A stretch of 64,000 nucleotides of DNA from contig JANNVX010000015.1 of assembly GCA_031414595.1 (NCBI GenBank), positions 29,084 through 93,083 of the forward strand, read 5' to 3'. Made by a program: the position numbers and the translations under genes. Within the stretch, counting starts at the first letter, position 1. Every line of letters starts with the position of its first letter. The notes beneath the pieces were generated by a model. It saw only the letters and a program-made list of their open reading frames with translations. It made no database searches and was not told the DNA's origin. Below, piece by piece: positions 1 through 10,171 of the stretch. This DNA comes from Deinococcales bacterium. Its GTDB lineage: Bacteria > Deinococcota > Deinococci > Deinococcales > JAAFIG01.

Positions 1-1
1 A

Positions 2-808
2 GATGTCTGGGCGCTTCATGCGGTCGGGCATACCTTTGAAGAAACTGGGCGATTCCAAGACGGCATGAAGTATTATGATGTAAGGGCAAATGACTGGACA
101 ACAGGCAATTACTTTATTATTCATAACTGGTGGCACTATGCGCTTTTTGCACTTGAGGCTGGGGATACAACTCGGGTTCTCGAGATTTTTGATGCGGTGC
201 TGTTCAATGCCGATAATGGTGGGCTTGCGCTGCAATTGCTTGATGCCAGTGCTTTGTTGTGGCGCTTACGGCTCGAGGGACACCGCGAAGAGACACGCTT
301 CTCGAGACTCGCGGTGAAGTGGCTACACCGCATTGAACCTGCTTACTACGCTTTTAATGACATGCATGCAGTCATGGCTTTGGTTGGGGCGGGTTGGTTT
401 GAAGCTGCTTCAAACTTGATAAAAAGCCGTGAAACTTGGCTCGAGACCAAACCCAGTGCAAATAATGCTGTCATGACCAGAGAAATTGGTTTACCAGTCT
501 GCAAGGCGATTCTGGCGTTTGAACAAGGGCAGTTTGAAACGGTTGTGGCGCTGTTGTATCCGATTAGGCGCCGAATTCATGAATTCGGCGGTTCACATGC
601 CCAACGCGATGTGGTGCTAAAAACCCTGATTGAAGCGGCGTTGCGTGGTAAAAAATTTGACCTTGCCCAAGCGATGTTATCGGAACGAATTGCTGTCCGC
701 CCCAAAAGCCCATATAACTGGCTAAAGTATTCAAAAGCACTCGAGGGGATTGGACAAGACACCAAGGCAGTGTTAGCAAAGGACAAAGCCAAGGAGTTAC
801 TGCCCTAA
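2..808 (+). CDS. TPR protein, TTC38-like (5' end lies outside the window)
   Basis: Frame is open from position 2 (DVWALHAVGHTFEE...). Motifs HNWWHYALF, DASALLWRL, FNDMHAVMA and GGSHAQRD are typical of TTC38-like proteins. Confidence 0.8.
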   Translation, partial: DVWALHAVGHTFEETGRFQDGMKYYDVRANDWTTGNYFIIHNWWHYALFALEAGDTTRVLEIFDAVLFNADNGGLALQLLDASALLWRLRLEGHREETRFSRLAVKWLHRIEPAYYAFNDMHAVMALVGAGWFEAASNLIKSRETWLETKPSANNAVMTREIGLPVCKAILAFEQGQFETVVALLYPIRRRIHEFGGSHAQRDVVLKTLIEAALRGKKFDLAQAMLSERIAVRPKSPYNWLKYSKALEGIGQDTKAVLAKDKAKELLP

Positions 809-1905
809 GCCCGTTGGCTTCGTCGTTGCAGCAAGACCGAAATGATCAAAAGTGGTATTCCTAAAATGGTGATGACCGTAGGAATACTGTTTGGATTACT
901 GCCTAAATTCGAGGCGATGGGCGGAATCAGCACCGCACCAAAATTCGCGGCTGCCACAACCAGACTGGCTGCCGCCACACTCGAGGGGATGGCTTGGGTT
1001 AGCCAGACAAAACCAGTCGGGAAAATCGGTCCAAAACCAAGTCCAGCGATTAAGTAGGCATACGGCGCTAAACTTGGGACATGGGTTAATGCCAAACCAA
1101 AAAGCGCTAAGGCAGAACTGCCAATCACAATCGTGGCGGGCTTAAAACGCAGTGCAACAGGCACAATTAAAATTCTCGAGGCGGTGATTCCACCCCAGTA
1201 CAAGGCGTTCCATTGGGCGGCGGCTTCTTCGCTAAAGCCTAAACCTTCTTTGAGTTGCCGAGGCTCGAGGGTCGCGGCACTGACTTCTACGCCAACGTAG
1301 ACAAAGAACAGCAGCACAAATAAGCCAAACAGTCCAGAATACACAAATTGGGTTTTAGGCTGATCGAGCTTGCTGGCACGAAGCCCAAAAAGCAGTGGGG
1401 CTAAGGTTAAGGTGGCGGCGGCGACAATTAAAAATGGAGTTCTCGAGTCGTTTGGAAAAGCACTGACCAGAATTGGACCAACAATTGCCCCAACTCCAAA
1501 TAAGGCATTCAAGACATTGGTCATGGCGGTGCTGTTGTTGCCAAATCCTGTCGAAAAAATCGTGTTAAACGATAAATCCATCGTGCCAAAACCAAGCCCG
1601 ATAATCACTGCACCAAGTAATGCCAATCCCCAAATTGGAGCGAATGCCACGCTTAAACAGCCAAGAATCAGTAAACTCGAGCCGAGCAGCAGCACTTTGC
1701 GCCAACCCAAGTTTTTCTCGAGTGGGGCAAGCAGTAAAATTCCGGTCATTGAACCTAAAAAATGTGCCGAGACGATAAAACTGACGGTGTTGGCATCTAG
1801 GGCAAATCGTTCGCGGAAAGCAAATTGAGCCGGTCCATAAAAGGCTTGGACAGCGCCAATTAAAAGAAACGCAAGAAACCCCGCCGCCGTAGCCGTTTTA
1901 GTCAT
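805..1905 (-). CDS. MFS transporter (FucP/TsgA-like)
   Basis: About 12 hydrophobic segments; motifs LNALFGVGAIVGP, FFVYVGVEV and GPIFPT. Confidence 0.85.
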   Translation of the reverse strand: MTKTATAAGFLAFLLIGAVQAFYGPAQFAFRERFALDANTVSFIVSAHFLGSMTGILLLAPLEKNLGWRKVLLLGSSLLILGCLSVAFAPIWGLALLGAVIIGLGFGTMDLSFNTIFSTGFGNNSTAMTNVLNALFGVGAIVGPILVSAFPNDSRTPFLIVAAATLTLAPLLFGLRASKLDQPKTQFVYSGLFGLFVLLFFVYVGVEVSAATLEPRQLKEGLGFSEEAAAQWNALYWGGITASRILIVPVALRFKPATIVIGSSALALFGLALTHVPSLAPYAYLIAGLGFGPIFPTGFVWLTQAIPSSVAAASLVVAAANFGAVLIPPIASNLGSNPNSIPTVITILGIPLLIISVLLQRRSQRA

Positions 1906-1910
1906 CAGGG

Positions 1911-2861
1911 CTATTTAATCACAGCCCAAGCCGTATTGTGCAAGATGTCGCGCTTAAAGTCGCTGTAACTATGAATGTTCAGGCGTGGGTAACTCATTTT
2001 TCGACTCAAAAAGGCTGAGCTATTCGGTAACGGGGCAAGTAACGCCCCAGACTGCAAAGTTTGTCCCATACCTTCAAAGTAACCCAGCCAAGCCCGAAAA
2101 GCGGCACTGGTACGGCATTTTGTTTTGTAGTTTGGAATTGGTTTTGGTGGCATTAACCCGTAAGGATAAGCCAGAATCATACTCGAGGTTGCAAAGTATT
2201 TACAAACCCCATCTATTTCTTGAATCACAGCATTATTGCCCAGCTTTGACATCATTGGATGGCTGACCGTGTGGTTACCAATGGTAAATCCGTGCTGACC
2301 TAACCAAGTGATTTTAGCTTTGCTTTGCGTGCCAAAAGGAGCGCCGCCATTACTGACATTCAAAAAAAATGTGGCTTTGGCAGTTGGAAAAACACTGAGC
2401 AGCACACCCAAACCAGATGTTGGGTCTACCGAGCCATTCTTTAAGAACCGAAATTGACTGGCATGACCATCATCAAAAGAAATCGCAAAAGGCTTTTTAC
2501 CAGTGCAGCGCTTCATAAAGGTTGCTTTGGTGTACTCGAGTAAATCAATTAAGCAATAACTTTTAGTTGAGAGTGCCAATAAAATCTTCTTAAACTCGGT
2601 AGGTTTAAGGCTATAGATACTACTACTGTTGCTCGAGAAACGGTGCAGCATTAAAATGGGAATCCCCTTTTGTTTGCCGTACACATTCTTAGGTGCTGTC
2701 ATTGAACGCAATCTAGGCTTTTTTTGTTTCTTTTGACTGATTACAAATTCCGATTTTGTATTTAAGCGCTCAGTCAGGCGAGATACTTTTCTGGAAAAAG
2801 TTGCAGAACCACCAATCAGTAGAAAAACACTTAAAAACGCCATCAGTTTAATCGGCAGCAT
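1911..2861 (-). CDS. Polysaccharide deacetylase family protein (CE4/NodB), N-terminally anchored
   Basis: ISFDDG, GNHTVSHP and AYPYG motifs; hydrophobic N-terminus. Confidence 0.85.
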   Translation of the reverse strand: MLPIKLMAFLSVFLLIGGSATFSRKVSRLTERLNTKSEFVISQKKQKKPRLRSMTAPKNVYGKQKGIPILMLHRFSSNSSSIYSLKPTEFKKILLALSTKSYCLIDLLEYTKATFMKRCTGKKPFAISFDDGHASQFRFLKNGSVDPTSGLGVLLSVFPTAKATFFLNVSNGGAPFGTQSKAKITWLGQHGFTIGNHTVSHPMMSKLGNNAVIQEIDGVCKYFATSSMILAYPYGLMPPKPIPNYKTKCRTSAAFRAWLGYFEGMGQTLQSGALLAPLPNSSAFLSRKMSYPRLNIHSYSDFKRDILHNTAWAVIK

Positions 2862-5800
2862 TGGCTTGTCCCTCGTTTTTAATGCTGTAGACCCTCGAGA
2901 TACCGCCAGTATCGGTGGTTACGCCCCACAAGGCATCAGCAATTTCCATGGTGGCTTTTTGATGGGTGACCAAAATAAATTGTGTGCCTTGGTCTGCCAG
3001 TACCCGCAAAAAATGGGTAAAACGGCGGATATTGGCTTCATCCAGTGGTGCATCCACTTCGTCAAGGGCGGCAAAAGGCAGTCCAGCATGTCCTTCTGGC
3101 GCTCGAGAAAGCGCAAATAAAAATCCTAATGCCGCCATTGTGCGCTCGCCAGTGCTGAGCAAATGCAGCGCCCTTGTACGTTTGCCTTTGGGTGTGACCC
3201 GCAATGCCAGTCCTTCGAGTGCGCCGGTTTCATCACGAATCGTCTCGAGTTCGCCTTCGCCACCCAGCAGTTGGGTGCTGTATTCCCGAAAAGCTATTGC
3301 CACCCGAGCAATACTTTCTTTTAATCGCGCTGTCACATCACGTTCGAGTTCGTCCAGCGCCACCTCGAGTTCTTGGACGGCGGCTAAAGAATCTGCCACA
3401 CCAGTCTCGAGTTCAAACAGCCTTGTTTGTTCACGGATAAATTCTTCGGCAGCCAGCATATTGACCGCGCCGATTTCATCAAGTCGGTTGCGGATTTGAT
3501 TAACTCGAGTTGTCCAACTTCGCGGTGTACCTTCGGGGTCTGGGATTTGTAGTAATGCCTCTAAAACCCCAGCCTTTGTAGGGGAGATGTCACGAAGTGA
3601 CAGAGGGGTCGCCCTTTCTGACGATTCAATGGCTTGGTCAGAGGGTATAGTTTTCGAGGCAAATTCTGGGCTATTCTCGAGCAGTTCAGTCTCAACCGTC
3701 TCCAAATTTGTTTCGCGCCGAGCAATGGCTAACTTTGCGGTTTCAATGTTTTCGCGTTCGCTCGAGACTTGCCGTGTGGTTTTGCTCAGTTCGCTTTCTA
3801 AGTGCAAGCGTTGTTTTTCTAACAACTCAAGTTCTTCTTTGGCTTGGCTTACACCAAGGTTGTCGGCTTGCTGCTCGAGTGCCACAATCTCAGGATTGGC
3901 TTGTTCTAATCGCGCTCCTAGTTCAAGTTCTTGTAAATAAATGCCTTCAAGCCGTTCACGGATTCGCTCGACTCGAGTCTGATTTTCTTGACTGCGCAAC
4001 AGGGCGGTTTGGTATGCCCGTTGCTTTTCGAGGTGAAGCGCAGCACGGTTCTGGGCTTCACGCCATGAATTTTCGGCTTGGCGTTCGATACCCCTTGCAG
4101 TTTCGATATTGGCAGTGGCGGTTTGTACAATTTGTTCTTGTGGACTAAGACTTGGTACTGCCATCTCAAAATCGGTTTGACCCACTGCGGCTGGCTCGAG
4201 TTTACTAAGGCGCTGCTCGAGTTGGGTTACGCGGTGTGCCAGACTTTCGCGCTTGGTTTCAGATTGCAATGCCAGTTGCCGTGCCGCATCGGTGTCGCGG
4301 CGCAACTGACTGACTCGAGTATCCATTTGGGTGGTGGCAAGTCTGGCTTGGCTGGCAATTTCTCGCATCTCATCAAGGGTTTTCTCGAGTTTGAGAAGTT
4401 CTTTTTCTAAGGTTTCGAGTTCGCTTTTGGTTTCATCTAAGCGGCGCAGTTCGGCAAAAGTTTCGCCCGTTGTGTCGCGTCCTCGTCCGCCTGTCACCGC
4501 CCCGCCCGCCTCGAGCAATTCGCCTTCGCGGGTGACTAAGCGTGGACGGTCACGGTATGCCCGAGCCAGCCGCAGACCAACATCAAGATTCTCGACAATC
4601 AGGGTTTCGCCAAATAAGCTCTCGAGAACTACTTGGTACTCGGATTCGACCAGTTCGGCAGCATAACCAACCACACCCGCTTCGTTGATAATCGGTAAAT
4701 TGCGGCGTGGGCGGGTTCGCAGAATATCAAGCGGTAAAAATGTAGCCCGACCGCCAGATTTTTTAAGTGATTCAATCACTTTTTTAGCCACTTCGCCAGT
4801 CTCCACGACAATATTTTCGATGCGCCGCCCAAGGGTAGCACCCACGGCTGTCTCGAGGTGTTGCGGCACACGCAGCAAGTCCGAAACCGGACCAATCATC
4901 CCTTTGACCCCACTGCCCAGCGCCCGACGCGAACCCTCAGAAAGATAAGAATGTGAGTTCTTCGCCGCTTCTAAACGGGCAAATTCTTTTTGCATCGGCG
5001 CACGGGCTGCCCTTAATTCCATCTGTCTCGAGCTACCAGCGCTTAGCTTGGCGGTGATGCTCATGGATTCACGTTCAAACTTGTCTAAGCCCTTTTGGGC
5101 GGTCTCGAGTTCGGTTTTGGTCTGCTCGAGTGCCAGCGCGGTTCGGGCAGCCTCGAGTTGGACGGGTTCGAGTTCGGCTTTGGTGGATTCAAGTTCTTGC
5201 GCCAAAGTCTCGCGCTCAGCATTGGCTCGGGCGCTCATCTCAACTTGTACCCGCACTTCACGCTCGAGCTTATCGCGCTCTGAACGCATTTTAGAAAGTT
5301 CTATTTTGGCATCGAGTTCGGCTTGAGAAGCGCTACGCAGGGCAGCTTTGGCTGCCATAAATGCCGCCTCTAATGCCAGCAAATCATCGCTTGGAACTTC
5401 GGGTTCAAGCGGCACGGTTTGCACCGCCAGCATTTGCAATTCAGACTCGAGCCTTAAGCGCTCCGACTCAAGGCTTTTGGCGTTGGCATCGGCATTGGCT
5501 GCCCGTTCCCGAGCCAGTTTTGCCTCGCCACGCAGACGCTCAAACTCGGCGGTCAGTTCGGCAAATGCCACTTGTTTATTTTCGCGCTCTAAACGTAATT
5601 GCTCGAGGCTGGTGCTTAAACCAGTCAGGCTTTTCGAGGCATTTTCGGTTCTGACCTCAGTCCCCTGTAATTCAAGCCGCAATTTACCAATTTCATCGCG
5701 CAGTACCCGCACTCGAGAACGCCGAATCGAGGCTTCTAAAGTTGTGACTTCTAAACTTAAGAGCGCAGATTCTTTGGCTGCCACTGCTTCAAGCTCCAAC

Positions 5801-6396
5801 TTAGCCACCCGCGATTTGACTTCATGGGTTAAATCCTCGGCTCGAGACAAATGAATCCGCGCTTGTTCTAAGCGCTCTAAACTCTGCGCTCGGCGGTGGG
5901 TGGCTCGTGATAACCCAGCCGCTTCCTCGAGATAACCCAGCATGGTGGTGGGGTTGGCACTAATCACCGCCCCGATTTCGCCTTGTCCAACCACTGCAAT
6001 CCCGCCAGGTCCTAGCCCAGAACCACGCAGCGCATCATGTAAATCACGCACTCGGACATTTTTCCCAGCCAGTTCAAGGTCAGAATCTCCGTCACGGTAC
6101 AAACGCCGTGCAATGCTCAACGCCCCGCTTGGCTGCTCGAGTTCAAGTTGCACCTCGGCTAAATTCAGGGCTTGTTTACCACTCGAGCCATGAAAAATCA
6201 GTTCGGTACTTTCCTTAACCCGCAGTTCCCGTGTTCGCGCCGTGTGGCTTGCCCAACGAATCGCCTCAATCACATTACTTTTACCCGAGCCATTTGGTCC
6301 AATCACGGCATTGACTTTGGGTGAAAACTCGAGCCTGACCCGTTCACCAAAACTCTTAAAGCCCTGAATCGTAATCCCACGCACCCGAATGGTCAT
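2848..6396 (-). CDS. smc: Chromosome segregation protein SMC
   Basis: Walker A GPNGSGKSN, coiled coils, hinge GRATFLPL, signature LSTGE, Walker B LDEVDAPLD. Confidence 0.95.
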   Translation of the reverse strand: MTIRVRGITIQGFKSFGERVRLEFSPKVNAVIGPNGSGKSNVIEAIRWASHTARTRELRVKESTELIFHGSSGKQALNLAEVQLELEQPSGALSIARRLYRDGDSDLELAGKNVRVRDLHDALRGSGLGPGGIAVVGQGEIGAVISANPTTMLGYLEEAAGLSRATHRRAQSLERLEQARIHLSRAEDLTHEVKSRVAKLELEAVAAKESALLSLEVTTLEASIRRSRVRVLRDEIGKLRLELQGTEVRTENASKSLTGLSTSLEQLRLERENKQVAFAELTAEFERLRGEAKLARERAANADANAKSLESERLRLESELQMLAVQTVPLEPEVPSDDLLALEAAFMAAKAALRSASQAELDAKIELSKMRSERDKLEREVRVQVEMSARANAERETLAQELESTKAELEPVQLEAARTALALEQTKTELETAQKGLDKFERESMSITAKLSAGSSRQMELRAARAPMQKEFARLEAAKNSHSYLSEGSRRALGSGVKGMIGPVSDLLRVPQHLETAVGATLGRRIENIVVETGEVAKKVIESLKKSGGRATFLPLDILRTRPRRNLPIINEAGVVGYAAELVESEYQVVLESLFGETLIVENLDVGLRLARAYRDRPRLVTREGELLEAGGAVTGGRGRDTTGETFAELRRLDETKSELETLEKELLKLEKTLDEMREIASQARLATTQMDTRVSQLRRDTDAARQLALQSETKRESLAHRVTQLEQRLSKLEPAAVGQTDFEMAVPSLSPQEQIVQTATANIETARGIERQAENSWREAQNRAALHLEKQRAYQTALLRSQENQTRVERIRERLEGIYLQELELGARLEQANPEIVALEQQADNLGVSQAKEELELLEKQRLHLESELSKTTRQVSSERENIETAKLAIARRETNLETVETELLENSPEFASKTIPSDQAIESSERATPLSLRDISPTKAGVLEALLQIPDPEGTPRSWTTRVNQIRNRLDEIGAVNMLAAEEFIREQTRLFELETGVADSLAAVQELEVALDELERDVTARLKESIARVAIAFREYSTQLLGGEGELETIRDETGALEGLALRVTPKGKRTRALHLLSTGERTMAALGFLFALSRAPEGHAGLPFAALDEVDAPLDEANIRRFTHFLRVLADQGTQFILVTHQKATMEIADALWGVTTDTGGISRVYSIKNEGQANAAD

Positions 6397-6965
6397 GGAC
6401 TACATTCCTTAGCAGTAAACGGTTTGCTGGTCGGAATATGTCCACCGATGGTGGCAATCGGCTGACCAGACAATAAAAATTTGACCTTCTGAACACCTTC
6501 TAAATTCAGCATCGTGTTGGTGATGCCGCAAACCAGCAGCAGTTCGCCTTGAGTGCCTAAAGTAATTTTTTGCCAAGCAGCCTGAAGGTCAATAAAAACC
6601 GTGTCTTTATGGGCAAAAACGGTTGGGACTGGCAACTGAGAAATCAGTGCGACTGCACCGTCTACCTTGGGTCCGGCAATAAAGTTTCGCATGGCAACAC
6701 CAGCCCGAGTCTCGAGGTCATCGAGTTCTAAACCTGCGTCGCGCTCCTCGACCGCAAAGGATTTACCATCGGGGGTGACAAAATAAAGTTTGAGTTGCAA
6801 ACGCGAACGCGAACGATCCTCGGGTTGTAATAACCTTGGGTCAATGGCAAGCGGTGTCGGACGGGTTTGGAAGTAACGTACCGCCAAAACCCCAACCAAG
6901 AGCAAGGCAAAAATAATGTTCCAAGGCGAGAACAACCAACGAAAAAAGAGTTTGACCCATCTCAT
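6393..6965 (-). CDS. GerMN domain membrane-anchored protein
   Basis: N-terminal TM helix; LYF...GP, ITNTML and GHI motifs; overlaps both neighbouring genes. Confidence 0.75.
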   Translation of the reverse strand: MRWVKLFFRWLFSPWNIIFALLLVGVLAVRYFQTRPTPLAIDPRLLQPEDRSRSRLQLKLYFVTPDGKSFAVEERDAGLELDDLETRAGVAMRNFIAGPKVDGAVALISQLPVPTVFAHKDTVFIDLQAAWQKITLGTQGELLLVCGITNTMLNLEGVQKVKFLLSGQPIATIGGHIPTSKPFTAKECSP

Positions 6966-8422
6966 TTTGGCGGTGTTCCTGTTGGGTCTGGTTTTTTGAC
7001 AGGCACGGGCTTACCAAGGTACTCGAGAACTGCGTAAGCCACAGCTTCGGCTCGAGCCACAGACTCATCGGGGTTTTGCAGTAAATCTCGGTCTGTTTGG
7101 CTGGACAAATACCCAAGTTCTAAGACCACCGCCGCTTTAGGGGCGCGTTCAAGGGCGGTATGACTGGTTAATCCTGACACTCGAGCTGCACCATTTGGGA
7201 CACTGAGAATTCTGGCGCTAATCATGTCAGCTAAACGCTGCGAAGCGGCTCTGGGCGATAAGAACCGTGCCAGCAGTTTACGGTCACGTTCTGATTTTGG
7301 ATTTTCTAAGGCATCACGCCCAGCTTCTAAAATCCCTTCGGTGGGGGCATCTGGCGACAAGTAAAAAATCTCTGCGCCACTAGCAGTCGTATTTGGCATA
7401 CTTGATAGGTGCAAACTAATCAGCACATCGGCTTTGACCGACAATGCCTGACGTTCTTCAAGGGAAACTGTTTTATCGGTGTCTCTGGTGTACTTAATTT
7501 TTACGCCACGCGGCGCAAGAATCGCTGCAATCCGCCGCGCCATACTCAGCGCAATTTCTTTTTCGCGCAGATTACCTGCAACAATTCCGGTGTCTGTTCC
7601 ACCATGCCCGGGGTCTAAGACCACAATACTCGGGCGAGCATCAAGTGCCACATTTAAGCGGTCAAAACGCGGACCGACATCAATAATCACCCGGGCTGGA
7701 ATACCCTGAGAAGCTGCCACGGCAAAGACCGAATAGCCAAAATCGGGTTTGAGGTTGACCCTGACCTCGAGTTTATTGGCATTTTGTTTGACCTCAAAAA
7801 TATCCACGAATTTACCACCGACTTGGTATGGCGCAGCATCACCAGACACAAACCGCAAGGTCACAATCAAGACATTTTTTTCAATCCGACTCGAGAAACC
7901 CACATCTCTATCCACTTCTAGCACAATCCGATCCGACTTTTCGGTCTTATCACTCGAGACTGTTCCTAAATTGGCTTGTGGCAAGCTGACTAAGTAACGC
8001 CCACCAGAATCATCAAAACTGCCACCAACCGCCTCGGCAACACTGCGGACTGGAATCAGAATTTTACCATTTGCGCCCATTCCAGCCGCCGAAGATTTGC
8101 TGCGAATTCCATTAACCTCGAGTCCATTTGTCCATTGGGTAGCGGCATCATAAGCGTTATCGGCAAGTGCTAAGCGCAAAACTTTACCGCCTTGCTTTAG
8201 TAGAACGGCTTGGTTGGTCATTAAAGTCTCGAGACCTAAAGCCGCCGCGAATTCCAAACCCGCAAAAGCCACACCGTTGTACAAAAAGGCTTTTTGGTTG
8301 CTGCCCATGACCGTTAAACCCCGAGACTGCACCGCCTGACCAAGCCCAAGCCAAGCCACCCCAAACAGCAAGACAAGTACAAGCAGCCCTCGAGCCTTGA
8401 AATGGATGCCAGCACCATTCAT
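6962..8422 (-). CDS. N-acetylmuramoyl-L-alanine amidase (Amidase_3)
   Basis: Signal peptide; VVLDPGHGGTD, ISLH and LELGYLS motifs. Confidence 0.9.
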   Translation of the reverse strand: MNGAGIHFKARGLLVLVLLFGVAWLGLGQAVQSRGLTVMGSNQKAFLYNGVAFAGLEFAAALGLETLMTNQAVLLKQGGKVLRLALADNAYDAATQWTNGLEVNGIRSKSSAAGMGANGKILIPVRSVAEAVGGSFDDSGGRYLVSLPQANLGTVSSDKTEKSDRIVLEVDRDVGFSSRIEKNVLIVTLRFVSGDAAPYQVGGKFVDIFEVKQNANKLEVRVNLKPDFGYSVFAVAASQGIPARVIIDVGPRFDRLNVALDARPSIVVLDPGHGGTDTGIVAGNLREKEIALSMARRIAAILAPRGVKIKYTRDTDKTVSLEERQALSVKADVLISLHLSSMPNTTASGAEIFYLSPDAPTEGILEAGRDALENPKSERDRKLLARFLSPRAASQRLADMISARILSVPNGAARVSGLTSHTALERAPKAAVVLELGYLSSQTDRDLLQNPDESVARAEAVAYAVLEYLGKPVPVKKPDPTGTPPK

Positions 8423-8844
8423 CGGTACATCTCCATTTCACGCTTGGCTGATTTGGTTTTCTCGGCTTCACGCTTATCGTGTAGTTTTTTACCCCTTGCT
8501 AGTGCAATTTCGAGTTTAATTCGCCCCCGCACAAAATACAGACGGACTGGCACAATTGTTAAGCCCTTACGAGTCACAGAGGAAAATAAATCGGTTAATT
8601 CCTTGCGGTGCAGCAACAATTTTCGTTTGCGTCGCGCCTCGTGATTATTGTAGGAAGCCTTGCCATACGGCGGAATATACAAATTTTCTAGGTACAACTG
8701 ATTGCCCTCAAAGCGGGCATAAGAATCTCTGAAATCCACCCCACCACCACGCATGGACTTAATTTCTGTGCCTCGCAATTCGACACCCGCCTCAAAGCGA
8801 TCCAGCAATTCAAATTCAAAACGAGCGCGGCGGTTCTCGAACAT
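8419..8844 (-). CDS. smpB: SsrA-binding protein
   Basis: ENRRARF, EAGVELRGTEIKS, RKLLLHRKE, GKKLHDKR. Start moved to the ATG at 8844, 6 nt after TACAAT. Confidence 0.97.
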   Translation of the reverse strand: MFENRRARFEFELLDRFEAGVELRGTEIKSMRGGGVDFRDSYARFEGNQLYLENLYIPPYGKASYNNHEARRKRKLLLHRKELTDLFSSVTRKGLTIVPVRLYFVRGRIKLEIALARGKKLHDKREAEKTKSAKREMEMYR

Positions 8845-8917
8845 TAGTGTATTGTAACCAAGCCATATGAGGACTGTGAAGAAACCTATCATCACCTATT
8901 TCTTATAGACTAAGCCC

Positions 8918-10171
8918 ATGACCGCTCTTCCTAAAATTTCACCCCATATTTTTGGCTGGTATGCCGTAGCTGCTTTTACAAACCTCAGTCTAGGCTTAAC
9001 GGCTGCCCTTAAATTTGTGGATGGTAACCTAGCCCTGCTGCTGGTTCTCTCGAGTACCGTTGTGGTGATTGCCCTTGCATGGGCAACCTTGGCGCAGACT
9101 GGACAGAACTGGGTTTATGCAAGTAGCCTTGGTGTGGCTGTCTCGAGCTTGCTGGCGGTGTTCTTGGGCGCTTGGGCATGGTTGTTGCCCGGCGTGGTGG
9201 CTTTTATCACCATGCTACCGTTGCTGTTGCGGGCTGGCAACTTACCGCGAGGAGCAGAAGCCGACCTCTGGGGTTGGATTTTTGTTTTCCCAGCCGTGTT
9301 TTTACTGATTGTTTGGCACTTTGCACCTGCTTTGTATGCTTTGGTCTTGTCTTTTTTGAAAAACTTTAATTTCCTTAAACCCCCAGAATTCGCTGGTTTT
9401 GAAAATTATACCGTCTTGTTGCGTGACCCAGTGTTCTGGCAGAGTTTACTCAATAGCTTTTGGTATGTGGTTGGAACTGTTCCAGTCGGCATTTTTATCG
9501 CCACGATTACGGCTATTTTACTGAACGAAAAAGTCAGGGGTTTACCGATATTTCGCACCCTTTACTTTTTGCCTTATGTGACCGCATTAACAGCCGCCGC
9601 CGCCGTTTGGAAATGGATTTACAACCCAGAATTTGGTTTACTCAACGCTGCCCTAGGTACAAAAGTGGCTTGGCTCGAGAACCCCAATGGTCTTTTTGCA
9701 ATTATTTCTGGTCTCGAGTTACCACAATGGGCAGCCGGACCGAGTGTGGCATTGTGTGCGATTATGGTCATGAGCATTTGGCATCACCTTGGCTACAGCG
9801 TGGTGATTTTACTGGCTGGCTTACAAACCATCCCGCCCGAATACTACGAAGCCGCCAGTTTAGATGGGGCAACATGGTGGGATAAAGTACGGCACATCAC
9901 TTTCCCGCTTCTGAGCGCCACGACGTTTTTTCTAGCGATTACTGGTTTAATTGGGGCTTTTCAGGTCTTTACCCAAATACTGGTGCTAACCCCAGATGGT
10001 GGGCAACTAAAAGACACCACCACGATTGTTAAATACCTATACGACAAAGGTTTCCGCGACAGCAATTACAGCTATGCCAGTGCCATGGCATTTGCTCTTT
10101 TTGTGCTGGTTTTTGTGATGACAATGGTTCAAAATAGGATTCTCAGTAAGCGCGTGACCTACGATATTTAA
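8918..10171 (+). CDS. Carbohydrate ABC transporter permease with extra N-terminal TM segments
   Basis: EAA loop YEAASLDGA, ITFPLL, YASAMA. No partner subunits nearby. Confidence 0.9.
   Translation: MTALPKISPHIFGWYAVAAFTNLSLGLTAALKFVDGNLALLLVLSSTVVVIALAWATLAQTGQNWVYASSLGVAVSSLLAVFLGAWAWLLPGVVAFITMLPLLLRAGNLPRGAEADLWGWIFVFPAVFLLIVWHFAPALYALVLSFLKNFNFLKPPEFAGFENYTVLLRDPVFWQSLLNSFWYVVGTVPVGIFIATITAILLNEKVRGLPIFRTLYFLPYVTALTAAAAVWKWIYNPEFGLLNAALGTKVAWLENPNGLFAIISGLELPQWAAGPSVALCAIMVMSIWHHLGYSVVILLAGLQTIPPEYYEAASLDGATWWDKVRHITFPLLSATTFFLAITGLIGAFQVFTQILVLTPDGGQLKDTTTIVKYLYDKGFRDSNYSYASAMAFALFVLVFVMTMVQNRILSKRVTYDI

Noticed and set aside
2866-6193. Many Ser-rich plus-strand ORFs opposite smc (similar ones lie opposite pnp)
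   Set aside because: Antisense frames of Leu/Glu-rich genes, with no start signals or recognisable motifs.
8419-8917. tmRNA next to smpB, or scpA/scpB next to smc
   Set aside because: There is no room and no recognisable sequence for them in this window.
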